The translations under genes were made by a program, and so were the position numbers. Below, in pieces: positions 9,173-17,761 of a DNA stretch of 64,000 nucleotides. The DNA comes from Nitrososphaerota archaeon (lineage in GTDB: Archaea; Thermoproteota; Nitrososphaeria; Conexivisphaerales; DTJL01): the NCBI GenBank assembly GCA_021324115.1, contig JAJPJS010000025.1:200343-264342 (forward strand). Reading direction: 5' to 3'. The notes under the pieces were generated by a model. It made no database searches and was not told the DNA's origin. It was given only the letters and a program-made list of their open reading frames with translations. How positions within the stretch are numbered: position 1 is the first letter of the stretch; each line of letters starts with the position of its first letter.

Positions 9173-9195
9173 TGGACCTGGAGGACCATGACAAC

Positions 9196-10935
9196 TTGAA
9201 GATTCTGCTAAACCATGTCGATTATCTAGAATATGAGCCGGTCAGCAAGGAGATCTCTGATGCTGAGGAGGCAAAGAAAGAGAAGGTCAAACTGGAAGAC
9301 GGCGTCGTCCTCTTCGTTGCCGTAGAGCCGGAAGACGACTCGGCGGTTTCAAAGGACGCTGCATCGGAGATATCTTCGTCCCTGAACAGGCTGGGGGCCA
9401 AAAGGGTTCTGATCTACCCATATGCTCACCTGAGTCAGAGTCTGGCGCGCCCTTCAACCGCCCTCGAGGTGCTGAGGCAGCTGGAAGACAATATCCGAGA
9501 ACTCGGGTTCGAGGTAAGCCGAGCTCCATTTGGGTGGAACAAGGCTTTCGAAATGAAGGTCAAGGGTCATCCGTTCGCCGAGCAATCGAAATCCTTCGGC
9601 AAAAAATCCACAAAGGAAGTTTCAGCGTCGGAGCCAATATCGGAACCCTCTTCCAAGACCACCCAAGCCAGGCATTCGAAGCAAGAGACCCTCTCCGAGT
9701 CGGCCATGCTGGCCCGGGTGAAAAAAAGCGAGTTTGCAGGTTTGCCCGAAACTGACCACAGGGTTATCGGAGAAAGACTGGACCTCTTCAGTTTTCAGGA
9801 GCTTTCGCCAGGTATGGTGTACTGGCATGACAAGGGACTGACCATCAGGAATTTGCTACTTGAATTCGTGAGGTCGGAGCAGAAAAGGAGAGGGTACCTG
9901 GAAATCAGCACCCCCGCCCTGGCCAACACGATTCTTTGGCGCGTGAGTGGGCACTGGGATCACTACAAGGACACGATGTTCTTCACTCAAATGGGAGAAG
10001 AGCAGTTCGGTCTGAAGCCTATGAACTGCCCGTCCACCTTCTTGTTTTACAAGACCCGGAGGTGGAGCTACAGGGACCTGCCGCTCAGGGTGGCAGATTT
10101 CGACCCACTTTTCAGGAATGAACTCAGCGGCGTAGCGAGTGGAATGTTCCGGGTGAAGACATTCATTCAGGATGACGCACACATATTTGTGGCGGAAGAC
10201 CAGGTCGTCGATGAGATCAAAAACGTAATCGACCTGATGGCTCGTCTATATGCCATATTTGATCTTCAGTACACACCGAAAATTTCCACCATGCCGGATG
10301 AACATCTGGGAACAAAGGAGCAGTGGGATGTGGCAGTTTCGGCGCTAGTCGAAGCCGTGAAATCCAAGGGTATCGAACCCATAATGAAGGAGAAGGAAGG
10401 AGCATTCTATGGACCCAAGATAGATGTCGATGTCAAGGATTCCATGGGAAGGGAGTGGCAGTGTGCCACGATTCAGCTCGACTTCCAGATGCCACGACGA
10501 TTCAGGTTAACCTATACCGGCGCAGATGGGCAGGAACACACCCCTGTGGTAATACACAGGGTGATTTACGGCTCACTTGAAAGGTTCATAGGGATTCTGA
10601 TCGAGCACTACCAGGGGAGGTTCCCAACCTGGATCTCCCCTGTGCAGGCAAGGGTGATACCTGTTTCCGACCAGTTCGTGGACTACTGCAAGGAGGTCCT
10701 TGGGTCCCTTTTGGAAAACGAGGTGAGGGCGGATGCCGACCTGGACTCTTCGACACTTGGGGCGAAGATCAGGAAGGCTCAACTTGAAAGGATACCATAT
10801 ATGATAGTCCTGGGGAAAAAGGAACAGGAGTCCAAATCCATATCGATAAGACGGCTCAAAGGTGATGTGGTGCAGGGTATTGCACTACGGGAATTCATCC
10901 GTCAGATTCAGGATGATGTGGCGAATTTCAGGTAG
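9196..10935 (+). CDS. thrS: Threonyl-tRNA synthetase, archaeal type with a fused N-terminal DTD-like editing domain
   Basis: ORF 9172..10935. The N-terminus KILLNHVDYLEYEP...RVLIYPYAHLSQSLARP...APFGWNKAFEMKVKGHPFAE matches the archaeal ThrRS editing domain. The class II core has FRNELSG, QDDAHIF, GPKID and QLDFQMP. TTG at 9196 reproduces the usual M-(R/K)-I-L-L-I-H start; the alternative is GTG 9172. Confidence 0.9.
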   Translation: MKILLNHVDYLEYEPVSKEISDAEEAKKEKVKLEDGVVLFVAVEPEDDSAVSKDAASEISSSLNRLGAKRVLIYPYAHLSQSLARPSTALEVLRQLEDNIRELGFEVSRAPFGWNKAFEMKVKGHPFAEQSKSFGKKSTKEVSASEPISEPSSKTTQARHSKQETLSESAMLARVKKSEFAGLPETDHRVIGERLDLFSFQELSPGMVYWHDKGLTIRNLLLEFVRSEQKRRGYLEISTPALANTILWRVSGHWDHYKDTMFFTQMGEEQFGLKPMNCPSTFLFYKTRRWSYRDLPLRVADFDPLFRNELSGVASGMFRVKTFIQDDAHIFVAEDQVVDEIKNVIDLMARLYAIFDLQYTPKISTMPDEHLGTKEQWDVAVSALVEAVKSKGIEPIMKEKEGAFYGPKIDVDVKDSMGREWQCATIQLDFQMPRRFRLTYTGADGQEHTPVVIHRVIYGSLERFIGILIEHYQGRFPTWISPVQARVIPVSDQFVDYCKEVLGSLLENEVRADADLDSSTLGAKIRKAQLERIPYMIVLGKKEQESKSISIRRLKGDVVQGIALREFIRQIQDDVANFR

Positions 10936-11809
10936 CTCTTTTCAGACTCGACACAGAAACCAGCGTAGAGAATACAGACGCCGCTGCGATCGCAGTTATT
11001 CCCGAGTGGTCGTATGCGGGGTCGAGTTCGACTATGTCGAATCCTGCTATTTCCTTTCCCTTCAGCTGCCTTAGCATGTAGAGAAGTTTGTTTGAAGATA
11101 TTCCGCCCGGCTCCGGCGTTCCCACTCCCGGCGCAAACGCGGGGTCGAGTATATCGAGATCCACCGAAACGTAGACCTTGTGAATATCCGAAAGGATGTT
11201 TTTGTATCTCCGCTCAAAGTCAGCACTTTCGATTTCTCGGGACGTAAGATGGCGTATCCCTCGTCCCTTAACGAAGTCCCACTCTTCCTTGGATGCGGCA
11301 CGTCCGCCGACATGCACGAACCTGCCAGTCTCCATCTTTTCTGAAAGTCGCCTCAGGAACGTGCCATGGCTGAGCTTCCAACCATACAATTCGTTCCTCA
11401 GGTCAAAATGTGCATCGAATATCAGCAGCGTCGCGTCCTTGGGCATCGCCAGGAAGGAGCCGAATGTCAGGCTGTGCTCGCCCCCTAAAAGTGCTGGCCG
11501 TTTTGACTCGCCAACCAGCTCAGAAACCACCTTCTGCACCGCATCCACCATCTTTTCAGGCTTTGGCATTGGGTCAAGGTTTCCAAGGTCTTGGACTGGA
11601 ATCTTCTCCGAATCGGTATCCAGTTCTGGATCGTACACCTCGATCTTCCAGAACGCATCCCTTATCGCATTCGGGCCAAACCTGCAGCCTGGCCTGTAGC
11701 TTGTGGTCACATCATAGGGCACACCCAGAGTGTAAACTACCGGGTCCTTCCCCTGCACCACGTTTGTTATCGTAGGTTGGGCAGATACAAACAGCTCCCT
11801 GTATGACAT
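10928..11809 (-). CDS. speB: Agmatinase (arginase/ureohydrolase family)
   Basis: Mn-binding motifs GGEHSLTFG, IFDAHFDLR and SVDLDILDPAFAPGVGTPEPGG. Confidence 0.85.
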   Translation of the reverse strand: MSYRELFVSAQPTITNVVQGKDPVVYTLGVPYDVTTSYRPGCRFGPNAIRDAFWKIEVYDPELDTDSEKIPVQDLGNLDPMPKPEKMVDAVQKVVSELVGESKRPALLGGEHSLTFGSFLAMPKDATLLIFDAHFDLRNELYGWKLSHGTFLRRLSEKMETGRFVHVGGRAASKEEWDFVKGRGIRHLTSREIESADFERRYKNILSDIHKVYVSVDLDILDPAFAPGVGTPEPGGISSNKLLYMLRQLKGKEIAGFDIVELDPAYDHSGITAIAAASVFSTLVSVSSLKRAT

Positions 11810-11892
11810 AGGGGCAAGGATGTTTTTGTTCAGGATTTAAGCAAGAGGGTCGACTGGAAAAGTTGCTATGATACCATCTTGGATGAATGTCC

Positions 11893-14800
11893 CTACCCGC
11901 CAAAGAAGAAGTCCTCGAGTTTCCTAGCTCCCAGAATCTCATCGAATTCGTATCCCAGTGCGTCTAGAAGCTGGTCGAATGTTCCCCTTAGGTATTCAAC
12001 ATACTTGTCCACATCGACATCTTCTGGCTTTGTAAATTCGGCCGGTTTTACTCCGGTCCCCCCCGTTGTTTTGACGAATGAAATTATCTCTCCGGCCTTT
12101 ATCTCTCTTCCTCTCGACTTGAGATACTGGGCTGCCTTTACATGCTGCGGGGTGGTATCCAAGTATCTCTCCAGTGGCTTATTCATCATTACATGAAACG
12201 CCAACTGGTCTATGGGGATCTTTCTGGCCTTGAGGTCCAGGTATGTCGTCCTGAGCAATTCCCTGATCTTTTCTCTCGCCCTTTCGAAGTCTTCGGTGGT
12301 TTGAACCTCCGCCAGAACATTGAGGACCTGCTTGAACACCACCTTTATGAATTCGGGCACGTTGCTCTTCTTCCCTGTTAGGCCCTTCACCTCTACGCTG
12401 CCGTCGGGATATACTCCAAGATAGTTTTTCTTCCGGCCGCTGAACGCAGCGTACCTGTAGACTTTGTCGATCTCCAGCTCGATCCCCAGTTCCTTTTTAG
12501 CCCAGTCCAGCATTTCCTCCACCTGCTCTTTCGAAGGCGATTTAAGAAAGAGGCTGTCCGTGTCCCCGTAGGCTACTTGTATTCCCACCGACCTAGCCTT
12601 GTCTATCGTCTTTGTTATGCTGTACCTCCCGAGTGCCGCGGTGGCTTCTGCCACAGGCAAACAGTATAGGGCGAAGCTCTCGAAACCCATGACACCGTAC
12701 GACTGGCCGACAGGCACAAATCTGCCGTTTCTACCGGCGAATACCGTATGATTTTTCGCGGTTGTCACGCAGTAAACCATTCCGTTGTACTTTTCGATCC
12801 TTGCGTTCTTGTGGTGTCCATTTCCTTTGAAGGTCAGGATCGACTCATGATTTCCGAACAGGATGAGGGTCGAATTATCCGATACAAGTAGCCTGAAACG
12901 CCTGCCGAGAGTGCCAAGTAACACCGTCAGGTCGTCCGTGAGGGAAGGGGCGCCTGACATCAAGTAAAATTCTCCGTCATGGGCCGAGGGTTTCTGGGCA
13001 CTCAACAGAAAGGATTCTGCGGCAACTGCAGACTCAAGTATGAATCTAGGGATCATTCGTGGAGTTTTTACTCCAGAATGAACTTCTGTTCCATGCAAAT
13101 GTGTTTGAATCCAGTTAACAAGTGCTGCATTTCTTACGGTCACTCTCTTCTGGCGTGGAACCATTTCTGCGACGTCGAACGACATCTTCATCGATTCTAA
13201 CAGGTCGGCTGCGCTTTCGCCAAAATCAACAACCTGCCCAGTCCCACGATTCAGCCCAGTGAGTGGAAAGGTATCTACATGCACAACTTCGCCAGTGTTT
13301 GATGTCTGATATGCCCCGTAACTCGGATTATAACCTTCCACCCCCGGTGTAGAACCACACGTCATGGCTGCCAATGCTACCTGTCCTTTTTGCACACCTG
13401 GAGGATAAGCTCTGAGAAGATCAGCGTTCACGGGTCTGATGCATCCTTCACTGAAGTAATTTCCACAGAGTGATGCGAACTCCTTCATATCGTACCTCAG
13501 CGGTATCGCATTTTCAGTTGAATCTCCAACAAGTAGTATGTAACCTGCTGCTTCAAGAACGTCCACAAGTCCTTCATCGATCGACCTTGCGGGGAAGGAC
13601 CAAGATTCTTCTGCAAGGTTGAACCGGTTACCAACATGGAAGCCAGAATCGGAGGAATCCGCAAATCGTGCCCTCCGGTCAAACGACCATGCAGCGTCGG
13701 AGGACGGGCTCCTGACAATAAATATTCTGGCGTTCACTTTTTGGGCAGATTCGAGAATCGATATCCTGCCTGTGATTGATGAAGGTACGTCTACCCCTCT
13801 GGTCTCCGGTATTGCAGCGCCCGGCATCGAGTAAACTTCCTCTGCCGCCCTGAACGTTGGTTGCCTCTTTGCGTCGTCTGATGAAACAACAAGCATTCTG
13901 TGGTTGGGCGTAACCCTAAGGTCCACAAACTTCTTGTCGTCAAAATGATATAGGGGCCCGTCGTAGGGGAATGCCTGGACCTCTACAATTTCGTCAACTT
14001 CTGTCTTCAGGGTGACGGGGTTTACATTTATGACACGATCACCTACTTTGACATCTTTGATATTCTTCGTGCCCTGGGTGGTAAGGATCTCGGTGTCTCC
14101 CGTAAAGCATGCATTCAAGAATACCTTCAGGCTCTGCGAAATAACATTTAGGAATTCTTTTTCCTGCTTGGATATTCCCATCTTTTTTGACAGATTCTTG
14201 AAATGACCAACTCGAACATCCCTCAGCGATCCAATGAGTAGACTCGTAATGCCCGTTCTCAGCCTGCACACCCAGTGGTCCGTCTCCGGTATCCTGTTCG
14301 TCCTGCATTCCGGGTGGACGCAGTTCACTGTTTCATATGAAAGGTTGTACACCTTGATTATGCTGGGATACAGAGACGCAAAATCAAGCACCACGGCGTT
14401 GAAGTGAACGCCGGGCAGGGGTTCTATCACGAGCCCCCCCTTGTACTTCTTTCCTTTGATTATGGCCTCTGACGAGGCCGAGCCCTTGGCCTCCAGGTCA
14501 TCCTTCCTGGGGACAAGCGCATTCCATTTCCTGTGCTCCCAAATGAGCAGACTCTTTATCCAGTTGGACACATTGAGCCGACATGCGTCTTCGATCGGCA
14601 TTTTGGAGATCCTTGATATTGTCAGGAATAATCTCATCACTAGGTCACTGTTGAAGGTTGTGAGCTCAAGAGTTATCTCCGCATCAATAAAGTTATAGTA
14701 TGAAAGAGTTCCCAGAGGAAGCATGCTGATTCCTTCCTCAAGCTCCACCTTCTCCCTCCCTAGCAGTGCGGATGCTATACCGTTGAGCGTGTGGTCGCTG

Positions 14801-15885
14801 TACCTGTTGCTGAAAGCATATATCTGGATCGACCTGTTGTTAAACGCCTTGTAAAGGTCCATGTGCAGGCCATGCTTGATGTTGGCGAAGTCCCTTCCCA
14901 TGGATATGGGTACCGCCTCCTTTTGGAGTTCCAGCTTGATGGCTCTGTTGTAAAGGTATGGAAGGTCAAACCCATCCCCATTAAATGTGACGATGATGGG
15001 GTACTCGAGCATGGCATCGAAAACACTCAGCAGCAGCTCCCCCTCTGACCTGTACTGAAGCAGGGTCACTTCCTCGGGAAGCTTCCTCTCGCCCTTCTCC
15101 ACCTCTGACCTTTCCAGCACGAAGACCTTTTTTCTGCCGTCATTACCAACCAGCGCTACACTGATAACCGGATATTCTGCGGCTTTAGGATCTGGCAGCC
15201 TGTTTTCCTCGGGGGAGTAAACTTCAATATCAAGCGCGGCACGCTTGAGGAATGGATAAGGCTGTGTCAGGAGCAGCGCCCAGTCCTTGATGTATTCCGC
15301 CAGCATGGGGCTCGCGCCTTCGGTGCTCTTCTTCAAAGAATCCATTACAGAGCTGCTCGCCTCGAAGGGCAGCGGTTCCAGTTTTCCGCTTTTTATCCTG
15401 AAGTATGCTCCCATCTGCAGCTGCCTGTCATAGACGTAGTTTTCATAGTACTTGATGTCAGCTTCGTATGCAGTGATCGTATCCCTGATAGAATTGGTTC
15501 CTCCTCCTCCGATTGCGAGCGGATCCTTTGTTATGATTTTCGACACCACTATCGTCCGGTCGTTTATAAGGTCCTTCTTTTCCTCTTGGACGATTTCCTC
15601 GACATCCGGTCTCTGCTTGATGCTCTGCAATTCCTCAGGTGGTTGCTTGGAATAACAGTATGGCTTGTGTCCTGATTTATCAAAGTAGAATCTTATCACG
15701 TTACCCTTGACATCATAGAATTTCAGCACAGCAAGGCGACGTTCTCCGTCGTACCCTGCACCAATTAGCAGGCCGTTTTCAAGATCGTTTACATCCTCCT
15801 GAGCCTGTCTTATTTTTGCGCCTACATTGTTAGCCAGGGCCACACTGCTCGACCGCGAACCGATTCTCCAGCCTGCATATAACAT
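11893..15885 (-). CDS. polB: Family B DNA polymerase (PolB) interrupted by one large intein
   Basis: Exo I ALDIEVYSP. Exo II IVTFNGDGFDLPYL. Exo III YNFIDAEITLEL. Motif A LDFASLYPSI. Motif B KVFLNA|SYGVMG, split by the insert. Motif C AYGDTDSLF. The protein is 1330 aa with the intein and 861 aa without it. Confidence 0.95.
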   Translation of the reverse strand: MLYAGWRIGSRSSSVALANNVGAKIRQAQEDVNDLENGLLIGAGYDGERRLAVLKFYDVKGNVIRFYFDKSGHKPYCYSKQPPEELQSIKQRPDVEEIVQEEKKDLINDRTIVVSKIITKDPLAIGGGGTNSIRDTITAYEADIKYYENYVYDRQLQMGAYFRIKSGKLEPLPFEASSSVMDSLKKSTEGASPMLAEYIKDWALLLTQPYPFLKRAALDIEVYSPEENRLPDPKAAEYPVISVALVGNDGRKKVFVLERSEVEKGERKLPEEVTLLQYRSEGELLLSVFDAMLEYPIIVTFNGDGFDLPYLYNRAIKLELQKEAVPISMGRDFANIKHGLHMDLYKAFNNRSIQIYAFSNRYSDHTLNGIASALLGREKVELEEGISMLPLGTLSYYNFIDAEITLELTTFNSDLVMRLFLTISRISKMPIEDACRLNVSNWIKSLLIWEHRKWNALVPRKDDLEAKGSASSEAIIKGKKYKGGLVIEPLPGVHFNAVVLDFASLYPSIIKVYNLSYETVNCVHPECRTNRIPETDHWVCRLRTGITSLLIGSLRDVRVGHFKNLSKKMGISKQEKEFLNVISQSLKVFLNACFTGDTEILTTQGTKNIKDVKVGDRVINVNPVTLKTEVDEIVEVQAFPYDGPLYHFDDKKFVDLRVTPNHRMLVVSSDDAKRQPTFRAAEEVYSMPGAAIPETRGVDVPSSITGRISILESAQKVNARIFIVRSPSSDAAWSFDRRARFADSSDSGFHVGNRFNLAEESWSFPARSIDEGLVDVLEAAGYILLVGDSTENAIPLRYDMKEFASLCGNYFSEGCIRPVNADLLRAYPPGVQKGQVALAAMTCGSTPGVEGYNPSYGAYQTSNTGEVVHVDTFPLTGLNRGTGQVVDFGESAADLLESMKMSFDVAEMVPRQKRVTVRNAALVNWIQTHLHGTEVHSGVKTPRMIPRFILESAVAAESFLLSAQKPSAHDGEFYLMSGAPSLTDDLTVLLGTLGRRFRLLVSDNSTLILFGNHESILTFKGNGHHKNARIEKYNGMVYCVTTAKNHTVFAGRNGRFVPVGQSYGVMGFESFALYCLPVAEATAALGRYSITKTIDKARSVGIQVAYGDTDSLFLKSPSKEQVEEMLDWAKKELGIELEIDKVYRYAAFSGRKKNYLGVYPDGSVEVKGLTGKKSNVPEFIKVVFKQVLNVLAEVQTTEDFERAREKIRELLRTTYLDLKARKIPIDQLAFHVMMNKPLERYLDTTPQHVKAAQYLKSRGREIKAGEIISFVKTTGGTGVKPAEFTKPEDVDVDKYVEYLRGTFDQLLDALGYEFDEILGARKLEDFFFGG
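12703..14109 (-). mobile_element. Intein (469 aa) at PolB motif B (pol-b-type insertion site), with degenerate LAGLIDADG-like central region and an atypical C-terminal GQ
   Basis: Residues 593-1061. Starts CFTGDTEILTTQG (block A). Has RVTPNHRMLV (block B). The central stretches FASLCGNYFSEGCI and AESFLLSAQKPSAHDGEFYL look LAGLIDADG-like by eye. Has MVYCVTTAKNHTVFA (block F). Ends RFVPVGQ followed by Ser. Codons checked: TGC at 14109..14107, CAG at 12705..12703, TCG at 12702..12700. Confidence 0.8.
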
Positions 15886-16174
15886 TAGTCAGAACAGAAT
15901 AGCTAGCACTTCTACCCTACCGGTATACAAATCAGAAGAGGCGCTTTCTCCCAGAAATTAGTCATGGTACATTTTGCATGCAACAAAATGGGTATTCACA
16001 GATTCAGAGCATAAAAGGGGGTTCAGGGAGGTACCGATATTCGAAGATCCCCGCGTCATCACGCCCCAAATCCGGCATTTGTGCGTAAACCCCGTTGATG
16101 CGGCACCCTGTGTCGATTTTCACTGTACGGTGACCGGCTGGCAACGTGAATTCAGATACTCAGTCGTGCAGAGA

Positions 16175-16186
16175 CATTTTTAAAAG
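16175..16186 (+). promoter_or_regulatory. Putative TATA/BRE element for the 16208 membrane-protein gene (leaderless geometry)
   Basis: catttttaaaag lies about 25 nt upstream of ATG 16208. Confidence 0.35.
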
Positions 16187-16207
16187 CCGCACCGTGGCGG
16201 CAATGCC

Positions 16208-16558
16208 ATGAAACGTTCCGTCCGGCTCGCGTTTGCGGCGGCAGATTCCGTGGGATCTGTTGTCTATTTGGGATACTCTGCGGGGAGTCCTTCTGGATTC
16301 CCCGCAACTGTATTTGGAGTAGTCACTCTGCTTCTGTCGATTTACTCTGCCTTTCCCTTCACCACACGTAGCGGCCATCTGGCCTACATATGTTCCTCCA
16401 CCATGCTGGCCTTTGGTAGCTTCGCAATCGGCTATGTCGGGGCGGCCAGGTATGCGTTTTACGGGGGAATGCAGAACTTGTTTGTTGGTTTGATTGGGGC
16501 TGTTGCAGGAGTGATTTTTATTCTCCTGGACCTTATCTATGCCTCGTATTCCCGCTAA
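16208..16558 (+). CDS. Hypothetical small integral membrane protein (about 3-4 TM helices)
   Basis: 116 aa with ATG start and strongly hydrophobic segments (VFGVVTLLLSIYSAF, MLAFGSFAIGYVGAA, LFVGLIGAVAGVIFILLDLIY). Confidence 0.5.
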   Translation: MKRSVRLAFAAADSVGSVVYLGYSAGSPSGFPATVFGVVTLLLSIYSAFPFTTRSGHLAYICSSTMLAFGSFAIGYVGAARYAFYGGMQNLFVGLIGAVAGVIFILLDLIYASYSR

Positions 16559-16575
16559 CAATGGTGTGATGTCTC

Positions 16576-17640
16576 TTGGATATCGAAGGAAAGGTGGAGC
16601 TTGCAATCAAACCCCCAACGTTGGAGGTATTGACCAAGGAACAGCTACGAGAGCTATTTGAGACTAATTCTTCACCCGGCCACTACATAGGGCTGGAAAT
16701 ATCTGGCCTCCTTCATCTTGGAAGTCTGGTTGTCACGGGTTTCAAGCTCCGTGATCTTAAGGAGGCGGACGTCAGAGTGACGGTATACCTGGCCGACTGG
16801 CACAGCGTGATAAACAGGAAGCTTGGAGGGGACTGGAACAGGATAAGGAAGGCTGCCGAATACTATGCCGAGGCTTTCAAGACATTCGTGCCGGGTGTCA
16901 AAACAGTGCTTGGCAGTGACCTGTACAGGGAAAATGATGAATACTGGAAACGAGTACTCGAATTCAGCACTCATGTATCGCTCGCCAGGGCCACCAGGAC
17001 CCTGACCATAATGGGTAGAAGCGCAAGGGAGAATCTGGACATCGCGCAATTTTTCTATCCATCGATGCAGAGCGTGGATATACATGAGCTCAAAGCAGAT
17101 ATAGCTCACGCCGGGATCGACCAGAGAAAGGTCCATGTTCTTGCAAGAGAGGTCTATCCCAAACTCGGCTGGGTTCCTCCCGTCGCTCTGCACCATGAAC
17201 TTCTGCTCGGGTTGTCAGAGCCCGTAAGGTCTGGAATCGACGAAGACGAAAGGGAAGACCTGGTGGTGTCGAGCAAGATGAGCAAAAGCCACCCCGAGTC
17301 TTCGATATTCATTCATGATACCCCCGAACAGGTGGCATCCAAGATAAGAAAGGCATGGTGTCCCGAAGGCGTCGTTCAACTTAATCCGATTCTTCAATAC
17401 GTGCGGCTTCTTGTATTCCACGAAAAAGATGAAATGATTGTTGAGCGGCCACGAAAGTTCGGAGGCGACATCGTTTTTGGCAGCTATCAGGAGCTTGAGA
17501 AGGCTTACCTGAGTAAACAGTTGCATCCCGTCGACCTGAAGTCCGCGGTGGCAAAAGAAATTGACAGCATTATAGCACCGCTCAGACAAAAATTCAGTAA
17601 CACTTATGACAAGATAAGCGAACTCATGTCATCCGCCTAG
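16576..17640 (+). CDS. tyrS: Tyrosyl-tRNA synthetase (archaeal class I)
   Basis: HIGH-like GHYIGLEISGLLHLGS. YPSMQSVDIHELKADIAHAGIDQRKVHVLAREV. KMSKS loop SSKMSKSHPESSIF. TTG start. TrpRS is not fully excluded, but the YPxMQ/DQRK pattern favours TyrRS. Confidence 0.8.
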   Translation: MDIEGKVELAIKPPTLEVLTKEQLRELFETNSSPGHYIGLEISGLLHLGSLVVTGFKLRDLKEADVRVTVYLADWHSVINRKLGGDWNRIRKAAEYYAEAFKTFVPGVKTVLGSDLYRENDEYWKRVLEFSTHVSLARATRTLTIMGRSARENLDIAQFFYPSMQSVDIHELKADIAHAGIDQRKVHVLAREVYPKLGWVPPVALHHELLLGLSEPVRSGIDEDEREDLVVSSKMSKSHPESSIFIHDTPEQVASKIRKAWCPEGVVQLNPILQYVRLLVFHEKDEMIVERPRKFGGDIVFGSYQELEKAYLSKQLHPVDLKSAVAKEIDSIIAPLRQKFSNTYDKISELMSSA

Positions 17641-17761
17641 GTGGCTAAAAAAAGCAATCAGTTGATAAGTCTGGGTGCATTGGGGTGGGGACGCAAGAGA
17701 ACGGATAGTCAAAGTGACGACATTCGTAAGAGCTAAAAACTTAGTGACACCCCACAATGTC

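Noticed and set aside
16004-16070. Possible C/D-box sRNA on the minus strand in the polB upstream spacer. It has GTGATGA (16062..16056), CTGA (16026..16023 and 16007..16004) and flanking GGGG/CCCC that could form a terminal stem.
   Set aside because: The spacer between the C box and the nearer D box is only 29 nt, and I find no internal D'/C' boxes. Seven-mer C-box matches are expected about a dozen times by chance in 2 x 64 kb. It would need a snoscan or covariance search and RNA-seq before calling.
15974-16183. A 69-aa TTG-initiated ORF in the 322-bp polB/membrane-protein spacer
   Set aside because: It has no recognisable motif and a Cys/His/Arg-rich composition unlike the surrounding genes. 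It also runs through the putative TATA box of the downstream gene. I cannot support it as coding.
15886-16207. Possible replication origin next to polB, given the long spacer
   Set aside because: I found no repeated ORB/mini-ORB-like elements, no flanking orc1/cdc6 gene and no marked AT-rich unwinding element. A single CTCCCAGAAA-like match is not enough.
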